This document shows positions 53,165 to 64,000 of a stretch of DNA of 64,000 bases, in pieces. The DNA is from Kudoa neothunni. Its lineage: Eukaryota > Animalia > Cnidaria. The stretch covers positions 10,899,186-10,963,185 of the forward strand of contig OZ199839.1 in NCBI GenBank assembly GCA_964304625.1. Reading direction: 5' to 3'. The position numbers and the translations under genes are program-made. Below the pieces are notes generated by a model. The model was not told the origin of the DNA and ran no database searches. It saw only the letters and a list, made by a program, of their open reading frames with translations. Numbering within the stretch: position 1 is the stretch's first letter; the number at the start of each line of letters is the position of its first letter.

Positions 53165-56100
53165 ATAAATATCCATACATCAATGCAGCACAGAAAAATA
53201 ATGTTGGCCGCAAAACTAATTAATTCTGTTGGCCCCAATTTTTTCGACTTTTTCTTTAAAGAATTCAAGATTTTATTTAAAACATATATTATTTGATAGA
53301 TAATTTTGTATGTAATAAATTAATATGTATTATTTAATAATAAATTGACAACTCGGGATGGGATATGACGATATTTATCAAAATTTGTACGTCCAAAGAA
53401 ATTTCTTTGAACATAGATTGACTTTAGTAATTAATTTTTTATTCTCCGCTAGATAATAAAAGGTCAATCTTGTTTTTTTAATATCTATCTAAATGCGTAT
53501 ACGTAGTCTTATCAGTTGTGGTTAGTAAACAAAGCTATTAATCTGTTAAACTTTTCTGTATCTTTTTCAAAATACCAAAAATTACGCGATATTTTTAAAA
53601 AATTATATTTAGTCGTAAATAAATAATTTCATCCATATATCATTAAATTTTTTCGCTCGAAGTCATTGGTCTAAATATTGCGATATATTTTTTATTGTAG
53701 TTTTATCTCTATCAGTTTATTTTATATGTATAAGAGGTTTTTAATTATAAAAATATAAAAGTTTAAAATAATGTAAGTGCGACAACCTCATGTTTATTAG
53801 AAAATCACCTTTAATGTAATTTTATGTATAGGATTCTTCTAATTCGTACAAAAATAGTTTCAATACAAAGACAATTATATAATAGAAATATTTTAATGCA
53901 AGAGTTTTTTTATTTTAATTGATTATAAACCATTCCTAAATAAAAGTATCGACATCACAGCTAACCAACTTAAAAATAATAAAATACAAAATAAATAATT
54001 ATAGCAACTATTATTTTTGTCAATGATAGAATTTAATGTGTCTATAAACAAAAATTTTAATCTTATTATTATGCTTTAAATTTTTTTACTATTAATTCTT
54101 TATTCTAAACTTAGCTTTTCTAATTGATTTCTGCTACTTACTATGTGAGAATTTGTGATTTTCTGTGGGTAAAAATCTTACTGGATTGGAGAGACTTTGA
54201 AAGTCTATTTTTATTCTATTCGCTTCACACAACAAGTTTTACCCTGAATTGTAAAGAATAATATTACAACCCAACAGGGCTCGTACGTAATGAATCGGGG
54301 AATGGAGTCTCATTAGGTAGAATTGCCGCATTACTTACGAGCCGTTCGCGCACTGATATTTTTCGAAAATTCCGTTCTATGTTAATCACTACTTTATGCA
54401 TACTTAATGGATAAAATTAATTTTGATATTATTGCGTCTGTTTTTAATCTTTAAAATTTCTGAATGAATTATGAAATTACGAAAACTAAATAGACATTAT
54501 TATTCGAGAGCTTGATTAAATGAGATAGATGGATTCACATTTTCGGATGAATCCTCATAAGGTGGATTTTTATCGTCCATTTCCTTATTTATTACATCCT
54601 TAATTATTTTTTTATGTTTATGTGTTAAAAACATTCTTGGGCGACCACTCTTGAAGAACGTAACATATTTTAATTAAACCTTCCACAGTTAAAATGATCC
54701 CTATTATTGCTGTTTTCATTTGGAACGAATCACCTCGGAATTGCAATGGTATTATCAATGTTCATATTACCTGGGCCTTTAAAAAACGAGGATGATCGTG
54801 TATTTTGATTTATGACGATTGCTCTACTTTAAACTTAATTTTAATTAAAAAATAATTATTGAGTATTTTAGTTTTTAGTTACATAATGTAAATAAATAAA
54901 AAGATAACTTATTAAAATAATTAAAAATTTTCATGTTTGAATTTTTGAACAAATATTGTTATAACATATTTTAATCATGAATAAACTACCAGAAAAAATT
55001 TATAAACTAAAAACTGCATTAAGAAATGCCATCGTTAAATTGATACATTTTCTTTCTTATACTGAATAGAATAAATCAGAAGGTTCTGTTTTTAAATACG
55101 AAGTCACAAGATTGAAGATTTACAAATTTATTACTGACAGATACAAACAAAAAAAATTAGTGAACAATTAGCGACTTCAAATTTGTTAAAATTATAGATA
55201 AATAATAACTTTTTGATGTATTTATCAACCACATAGAGATTCCACGTGAGTCCGAATGTGCTCGACTTAAATTTTTTTTCCAGTTTATAAGTTAATTCTT
55301 GTTGGGTTAAATTTAACTATATAATGTAATTTTTTGTGATAAGAAAAAAAAATGAAAAAACTTGTGAAAAAGAAATGAATTAAAAGGACGAATTGTAGGA
55401 AACGACTTTATTTCCGATTTTGTATGCGACACCGCCCGAAGTTCGTACACAGGTATTGTAGGCTGTAGTTTAGCTGATATTATAAAAGAAATAAAATAGT
55501 TTATTCCAAAAAATTATGCACTGCTGAATTTTGATAATAAAATTTCTCCTAACATTGATTACAAAAATCCACTGTGAACAAATCACACAATCTTGCTAAT
55601 ACATTGACTTAATCCCTTCGATTTTTTGAATCCCTAATATTACCACCATTCACTGTTGTTTAACATATCCATTTATAAACTTTGTTATCGACATCAAGAT
55701 TCAGGCCTTATGTAAGTTATTCGATAATTGTGCAAAAGTCTTAAACCTCCTGATTTTAAAATTACACTCTTATTAGAATCCTATTCAATATTGACAATCT
55801 TTTCAGGTCATACTTATCGAGATTCATGTTTTAAATTTCTTAACTCGTGTACTGAATGATAATATTGAATTAGTTTATATGGATTACAAAAAGCTTTTGT
55901 AATTCCGCGATTACGTACTAGCCATGTTTTTGATTTATTTTTTTTACATTGAATGATATTTATTTGATAGTTAAATGTATTTTCTGTAGTACAATATGAA
56001 TTAAACTATTCAAATCTAGTTTAGCGTAAAAAAGTGGCGATTGCGTACGACGCCTGGTTGCACAATATGTATATTTTTAGTTTCACACAATTATAATTCT

Positions 56101-56750
56101 TATTTATTAAAAATTAATTCTTATTTATATTAATTTTTGTTGTTTAAAATATTTCATTATTCCTTACAAGACGGGGTTTCAGTCATACAAAATCGTTGTG
56201 CCCTTGAAACATCGAAAACGTTAGGTGAAATTTTGATTAATAAAAATATAGATTGAATAAATATTTATTTTGCATTTTTAAGGTAAATAAAATTTATGCT
56301 ATTAAAAAATTACTGTATCTAGTTATGATCTGTTGTATTCCGACGTCCTGAAGGTTTAATATACTAGCATCCCAAAGAGCTTGTTTGTATTGTATTTTTT
56401 TCTTGTAAAAATTCAATTAAAAAAATTTTAATTTGAAAAAATGGATTTCACTCTTAAAATAAATATTATTTGGAGTTGAATCATATGTCGAAATTCAATA
56501 AATAAAAGTGGTAAAAATAGAACAAATCCGAGTGAATGTTAGATTCAATTAATTCGTAAACCGAAGTTAACACCAAAATATCAATAATTAACCTCAAATA
56601 AAAAAATAATGATTTTTAAATTCGAAGAAATGTCTAACATTAACGTTAGGAAAAAATGCCTATTCATTTGATAACAAATCGAGAAATTAAAATTAATTTA
56701 ATATAGAATAAAAAACAAATATACATAAAACACATCAAATCTGGAATAAT

Positions 56751-59406
56751 TTATCTACGATATCTGTATCTTCGGAATTGGAACCATAGTTGGAACACTC
56801 CATTCTCAAATTGGCATAAAAAGTTGGATCGATCTCCAACGTCCCATTCACCATTGACAATCTTGAAAGCGATATCCTAAATTTATTTATTTATTAATAA
56901 ATAAACAAAGTATTAGTATTTATTAATTAATCGTTGATGTTAAAGCGAATAAAAAACGAGTAAATGTACTTCGTAAGGTGGACCACCAGAGAAGACCAAA
57001 ATATTATAATCGGGATTGTCTGGGCATTTAGTCTAAAAATGCTTACAAAAATTATAAAACTAACTAATAATGATTACAGCGGTGTAGGAGGGGTTTTGGT
57101 GACATCCAATAAATTCGGGTAAAATATCTAAAATATGTGAATCCAAAAGATAAAATTAAAACATTTACATTAAATTTATAGCCCTGAATAATTTTAGGGG
57201 GAGGGTTGTCTACATCGTAATGGGTTTGGTTGTATTTGTTCCATTCAAAGCCCTACCAATAAAAACAATCTCTGACCAAGCTTCATATGAAAATAATGCT
57301 CACAGTATTAATTCGATTATAGTATTTTGGTTTATGAGTTTATAATGGGAAGCGATTCTGAAAGTGTCCTATAGATTATAGATGCGTTTTAAAAAATAGG
57401 CGATTAATTTAATATGAAAGAATTAAATTATCAACATTATTTTGACTGAATGATTCTTGGTTGAATTCTTCTTCGTCCTCGTCCATTTTACGTTGTGATT
57501 CCTGAATATATAGTTTTAGGGATGTTTTATCCTATCAAATTGGATATAAATCAAAAGTTCAACAAGTAACAAATCAAACATCTGCAATTTTTGGTCCATT
57601 TAAAACGAATCTTGTTGACTTTTCTAAATTAATATAATATTAAAAATAATTGTAGTCCAATCATTACAAGCTCATTATAGTAGTTATTTTCCCCAACAAC
57701 TTCAATCTACACAAAAGTAACTCTACACTACTAACTAGTTAGTCGGTTTACATTTGACTTGAGTTTAGCATGGTGCAGAAGAGTAGGACTATAACATTCA
57801 CTCTGATAGGATTCTCTAACAGCTAGAAGGGTGTATGATAAAAAATACAATCACAATAGGAGCTACTAGAAACGTTTGTTACTTCTTGAACTTTAAAGAG
57901 CTCCAAATCAGTTGCATTACTAAAAAATAATAAGAATAGGATATGCCAAAATTCGGGGAAATCACATATTGGTTCTTTGTTCATCATCGGTTTTCAAAAC
58001 AATATTCTAACATTTGATCAAAAAAGCTCATATATTTGAAAAGCACATAAATATTACTTTGTTGTGTTTTTCGACTAGACGTTCTTTCACAATGTCTTTG
58101 TAGCGCTGCGTGGTGGATAAAGAGGCAATTCTTATTCGTAAACGTTTCAATACTGAGTCCCAGTAAGCTAAACCCCAATCAAAATTCAACATATCTATTC
58201 CTAATAAATAGAAAAATACAAGTATCCATTTTGGTATCATTTAAAGTGTTAATTTTTTGGGTGAGTTGATTTTTAAGTATATTAAGTTGGTCGATGGTTT
58301 TGCTTGTGAAGATTTTTTCAATATCTTCTTTGTGGATTTGGCATTCGAATACTCAACTGCATGTCGGCCTTTGTATTTGTGATGGGCAGCTTTTTGTTCG
58401 TTTGATTTGTCGTCAATTTTCTGATCGACGACCATCAAAAGATCCTACAACAGTTGATAACATGGCCCAACTTCAAATAAATTTCAAATTCGAAGTTTCC
58501 TCACTTTCCAGAAACACAAATTTGATTCTGAATCAAACTTGGTGTACAATTTAATATCTTCGTATAGATTTTCAAGATCCTCCAAGTTTAATTCCTTTAG
58601 AGACAACTTCAAACACCACATTTTTTAATCCACAATATGATACATTGACCAACTGAATGGGTTCGATCATTTTGACTTTATTCGATAAATTATCTTCGTC
58701 ACTAGCATTAGTTTCATTGAAAAGAATATCCTGATGTATGAATGAGGCTAATAGATCGATTGGTTGCTCTACATTAAGTCAAACATCGATTTTTCGTAAA
58801 ATATGAAATAGCGCCAATTAGATGAAATACGTCTTCCATTCTTGATACGAATTCTGGATCGTTCTTTCGCTTGGTTATACTCAAACTTGATTTAAAAAAA
58901 GCACAATCAATATTTTTATAAATCTCCACTGTTATAGTACTTCCTTTTCTTTGGCTAAATACTGTTCGTAGGTTTCATTGTCTTTCTTACGAATTTCAGC
59001 GTCCTGAAAAAATCCGAGTTATTCAATTTTATTAGCGTAAATTGACTACTCGTTCATTTTGCTTTACTGCAAGTTCTTTTTCTCGTTTCCTACCAACACA
59101 CACAACAAATCAACCCACTTTAAACAACTAGAGATATCTTACTTTTCTTTGTAACTTGACTTTTTCAAGTTCGATCTAAATTAAATTAACAAATCTGAAA
59201 AATATCATAATAATAATATTAATTACTAAAGTTTCTTGGCGCTTTTTTTCTAAGATCACTTTCTTAGTTTCACTATCCAATTCATTTAATCCTTCTTTAT
59301 CGAATTTCTAATTTTAATTTAGATAAAGTTATACAGATTGCTCAAATCACTTTTTTTTCCAAACAAACGTATCAGTCGACTTTGATTTTTCATTGGAGGA
59401 ACTCAT
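56751..59406 (-). CDS. CACTIN: Cactin (spliceosome C-complex factor)
   Basis: N-terminal DTFVWKKK; KERSRIRIKNGR; YWDSVLKRL; C-terminal GFEWNKYNQTHYDVDNPPPKIIQGYKFNIFYP..FSGGPPYEDIAFKIVNGEW..FQLWFQFRRYRYRR*. Two apparent 1-nt frameshifts (~58335, ~57091). Confidence 0.95.
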
Positions 59407-59464
59407 ATCAAATGCAGATGAAGTGGTAAATAGTTCTAAACCTTTTAATCACGCCTGCGCACAA
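59407..59464. promoter_or_regulatory. 58-bp bidirectional promoter/UTR between cactin and CCDC174
   Basis: Divergent ATGs at 59406 (-) and 59465 (+). Contains ACGCCTGCGCA at 59451-59461. Confidence 0.7.
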
Positions 59465-62400
59465 ATGACGGAAAATGAGGACGATTCATCAAAAAAACCT
59501 TTAAGAGTGGAACAAACCACTGTAAAAATTTTAAATATTTTAATATTGAATTAACTGCTAATTAAAGATGATAGATTTGGGTCGCTGAGCTCAAAAGAAA
59601 AGAACTTCTCAGCGCAAAATTAACCAATGTGAATCAATCTGTATCAGCAATCAAAGCCACTACCAAAGATCCGATAAATTATGATGATTATGTGCCTAAA
59701 AATACGTTTAAAAAAGTAGTTATAGTCAAAACTGAGTTAATTATAGTGGATTTTTAATTATATGTAGATCGTGGCAAACACTGGAAAATTCATGAAAAAA
59801 GCTGTTCATAAACAGTATGAACATTTTCCGCCCAAAGAAGATGATTCTAATGGTGATTCATCTACAAAAATTGATGAACACGACGATATCACTGAAAAAC
59901 TAATTTTGAGTCGAAAAAAACTTGAGGAAAAGGCACAGCTTTATGATCGATTACAAGAAGGAGCAGTAATGGGTAAATTATCATGCGCTTTCTTTTAAAA
60001 CACATCAGATAATAATTTAAAATATTTTATTTTGTGACATATTTATTGAATTATTCTAAAAAACAAATAATCTTTCAAGAGCGACATGCAGATATGAGAG
60101 ATAAAATTTTTCAACTCTTTTTTCATTGTTTAAAAATGTATTGAAGAATCAATTAAAAAAATTGATTTTTTTACTTTCCAATTATACCATTTAAGATCGT
60201 ATAAGCATTCTACCTACTTAACTTTCTCCCAATTGTTCAAAATATATATTTAAATTGGTTGATTACTAAATGCCGATAAATATTAAAGTAAATTAAAAAT
60301 CTATTCTAAAATTTGCCGAATTTAATAAAATTAATTCTTTATTTAATTTGTGCTAAAAGCGATCAAAAATATCATAATCCTGACATAGACTATTGTATAA
60401 AATAGGTAACATAGATACGCTCGAAATGTTCATTAGGGTGGAAACGACACTTAAAAAATCCACCTAAATATGCCGTAATGCACCAACATGGCATAAATTC
60501 CCGGATTATTTTGTTACCTCAATATTTTCCATACCATCAAAATGTGAAACTCGCATTATTTGGAGAAATTTATGTAATGAGAATAAATCACGATATATCT
60601 TTCCTTCTTCTAACCCAAATATCTCTTTAACCGATTCTCGATTATTCCTGTGATATCCCATCAGAAATAAATAGTTAATGAACCCATCCCAATTCGATCT
60701 ATCTGTCACCAAAAATGTTTTCACTCATATACTGGTATATTTTAAAATAAGGCGTACATAAAAAAACCAAATACTATTCTGACAGTATCAACTGTAGTTT
60801 GTAATAAAAACGGAGAGACACCAGGGCGACTACTGACTACTCATATATTTGCAACACATGTTCTGGATGCCAATGCGGGTTCATCGACCATAACATTCCG
60901 TTCTTGTATATTAATGAGTTAAGTTGTATATCTGTATCAATATCAAATTTTCTGACGATAAATAATCATGAAACTAAGAGAGTGAATCTGAAGACTCGGT
61001 ATCAGAGTGATTATTATCAAGATCACTTGAACACATCATTTAAATTAATTATGATGTATGCTCAATGTAGATTAAGATATGACATTCATGCAATAAAAAT
61101 ATATTTACTCGATAGAATTTTTTCAAGGTTTCCCTAAACATTTAAATCAATATTTTTGATAATTAGATGAAAAAAAACGTGGGGTCTTTTGAACCCCAAT
61201 ATTACTTTTTACTTGGAGGGTTAAAAACTTTTAATGCGACCTATTTTTTCAGTAGTGATATTGTGTTAAAAATGACATTGATATATGGTATATCGTAGGA
61301 ATTTTAAAATTTGTTACACTATTAAAAACGTTCTTTACTCGGATATTAGACTATTATAGAATTTTATGCAATAAAATAAGATTTTGTCCAGTTTTGGACT
61401 CATGATTTCCTAGGGATCATATGAGTTAGTGTATGGATGATACGATAGAATTTACAACTATATAATCCTTACATTATTAAGTTCACATGAAATTATAAAC
61501 TTGATAACAATTATGGCTTAAGTAATATCGCTGAAAAAACTATAAAGCAATTTCTAGCATGATGAAAACGGAACGGTAAACTTAAAAAGGATGTTATACT
61601 AAAAATTGATTGTTTCATTTATTTTTATTACATTCATACCCAAATATTTTATGTATTAAAATTATTTCCGCAAATATTGGAAGGTTAATTATGGTAGAAT
61701 AACGATTGATTATGTAGAATATAAATAAGCAGTGAATTGGTTCTACTAAATATTATAATTCAACTTTAATATAACTTATTGAATTAATATTTTAATTTTT
61801 TCAAATATGATTAGACCGTCCGGATGATCTCACTGGCGAATATCAATATTTGGTCGACTTTGACACTTTTACAGCTGGGAATGTCGAGAAAAAACTTGAA
61901 CTTAAAAAGTTTGAAAAAATATATTCTTGTGTTGAGTTTTGAAATTGTTTAGGATTTCATTAGCAAAGGCAGCTCAGCTTGCAGAAAATGAATATTTCGA
62001 AAAAAGGAAGCAGATTTGGCTCGAGAAAAAAATCCAAAAATAAACTCATTGAACATTATCAAGATGTCATTGAGGATGGTAAGTAACCGATTACATTCGA
62101 AATTGGATATTGCGTATCATCATCACGGCCTTTATATAATACAAATATCGAACCATGCGCTTATTATTTTAAGTTAAAAATCTTTAGCTAAAAGTGTGTG
62201 TTTGTTGAGACAAAATTGTCTCATATTCTTAATTTTCAAAATAATTCACCCCCCTCCTCATCTGCATATTTAGCGAGTGGGTAGATATAAACAAATTAAT
62301 CATTGTTAACTCTAAAAAATTAACTTGTATCTTCAACCAATAAAAATTTATTGACGACCAAAATAAACCAAAAATTAACTTGGAAATTTAACTATTTTAG

Positions 62401-63520
62401 GTCAAACTCCATACCTGAAAACCTGTTCTTTACTTATCCTCCTAACAGATAAAAGCTAAATAATGCCTAGATATGAGTATTTGGTTACGAATACGTAAAA
62501 TTTCGTAAGTCTTAATTGGCACCTCACATCATTAGATAAGATTTCGTCGTAAGTTCTTTTTTATGAAGTTTACGAAGTAATCGAACATAAGTTATTTTTT
62601 ATCCTGCAAAATGTTGTACATTGTCTTCATTGAACTATTCAAACATCTCTTCACCCTTGTTTAAATATTCAACATTCAATCGATTTTTACATAATATCCA
62701 ACGATGGTTTAAGAAAACATATGTATTTTTGAATTAAAATAAAACCCCCCATCAACTTGAACTATTTCAAATATCACGTTAGAGTTGAATTATTTCATTT
62801 TTTAAATTATCACACTACTCAATCCACATAATGAACAGAATATTACTTAATAATGAGATATTGCCATACAGACAAAACACCCTATCAGTTAATTTCTAAT
62901 CCAATATTGTACAAATAAGATCAACAAATTAGACTCTAATTTCTCCATGTATACAATTGCGATTATTATTATCATTATTTGAATTATAGTTAATCTCGAT
63001 TAAATAATACTAACCACTTAAACTTGCTTATATTTAGACTTTGACACGCAATATCCAATCTCAACTGCAGTTGTTAGGTTGTGGTTCTGTTTAATCGATT
63101 AAATACTATTGGTAGAATTGCGCGAACACGGAACCGGTTATTTTAAATTTTCTACCAACGAGCAGGAAAGAGAGTCTCAACTTGATCAACTGAACCAACT
63201 GCGACGCAACACAGTACAAGAACGAGAGAAGGCCGACCAAATATTACAAAGTCGGCGTGACGCAATCAATAAGCGTCTTAATGGCTGTTAGAAAACGTCG
63301 TAATATGGCGTCCAATGATGACGTATCAATTACAAATCAATCCACCTCGCAAACAAAATACGAGCCACAACCATGTGCTTCCACAACTTCGGCAAATCAT
63401 TGTTCCGAAGATTTAATTAATGATTTATTCGCCAACAGAAAGATTCTAACAATTCTGAATAGCCTATACAATAACTTCACATATAATTGTTTATATTTCC
63501 ACCTTCTCAAGTGTATATAG
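59465..63520 (+). CDS. CCDC174: CCDC174-like coiled-coil protein
   Basis: (MIDL)VAELKRKE; LSRKKLEEKAQLYDRLQEG; YLVDF; HYQDV; ELREHGTGYFKFSTNEQERESQLDQLNQLRRNT..ER. Long introns. Apparent frameshifts near 59580 and 63279; the 3' end is approximate. Confidence 0.85.
60440..61224 (-). mobile_element. Truncated piggyBac element (left end + PGBD4-like transposase fragment) in CCDC174 intron
   Basis: The minus strand starts TTAA-CCCTCC. GFINYLFLMGYHRNNRESVKEIF..EEGKIYRDLFSLHKFLQIMRVSHFD matches the piggyBac 'G..R..E.W..G..R..MS..RF..I.R..HFD' block. Confidence 0.75.
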
Positions 63521-63600
63521 TTACGATTTGAAGTGTTATTTCATGAGTCATTTTGATTATAATTCTTCGGTTATTGTCGTTAATATCGCTTGCAACTAAT

Positions 63601-64000
63601 ATGACAGAAGGTAGTTGATTAAATGTTCGTTTATCAGCCACACAATGTTAATTGTGGTATAAAATTATTATTAATACAACGCCAATAGACGACATTAAGG
63701 TGGCTGGTAAAACATTGCGCGATTCCAATGGACTTATAGTCCAAAACATTGAAAATATAGTAATACACTCGTGTTCATTTTCATTGATTGTTGTTTGTAC
63801 ATTTGAAATTCCACATTTAGAATATCAAAGAGTTGAATCCTTTACACAGCGGAATTCTAAGTAGACAAGCCACCATTAATATCGGTAAGTGGCGTGTGTC
63901 TGATGGCTGATTTCAACTTAATTTTGTCATTTGAAGGTACAATTGGACATGTAGCTCATGGAAAATCGACTGTAGTGAAAGCTATATCGGGCGTTCAAGT
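63601..64000 (+). CDS. EIF2S3: Translation initiation factor eIF2 gamma, 5' part (runs off window)
   Basis: NIKELNPLHSGILSRQATINI|GTIGHVAHGKSTVVKAISGVQ across a GT-AG intron. The first exons from ATG 63601 are tentative. Confidence 0.93.

Overview
Very AT-rich eukaryotic DNA with compact genes and mostly tiny (about 39-63 nt) GT-AG introns. The gene content (JADE, SLC36, CCDC174, metazoan-type PRORP, cactin) points to an animal, probably a reduced parasitic lineage; the taxon is an inference. The ORF track mostly shows single exons, so I rebuilt the gene models by hand. Bases 1-16.5 kb hold a tandem array of three paralogues (copy 1 is truncated by the window edge) of an unrecognised ~846-aa type I membrane protein. 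It has a signal peptide, about 7 Cys-rich fibronectin-type-III-like modules mostly on phase-1 exons, two micro-exons, one TM helix and a 4-residue tail. The distal modules are highly variable in their loops, while the proximal modules and introns are nearly identical. The copies are mosaics of one another, which suggests a diversifying surface-antigen or recognition family reshuffled by gene conversion. The spacers contain decayed piggyBac, Tigger and hAT elements and a long-TIR element. The rest of the window is housekeeping genes: a 4-TM protein, a very divergent PRORP/MRPP3, SmD2, adenylate kinase 2, JADE, an SLC36 transporter, a 60-aa membrane protein, an unknown gene, cactin head-to-head with CCDC174 (58 bp apart), and the start of eIF2-gamma. 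Many hAT and piggyBac MITEs lie among them. A GC-rich GCATGCG(Y)GCGCA-like motif recurs just upstream of several start codons. At least five single-base frameshifts occur in short homopolymers of conserved genes and are most likely assembly errors.
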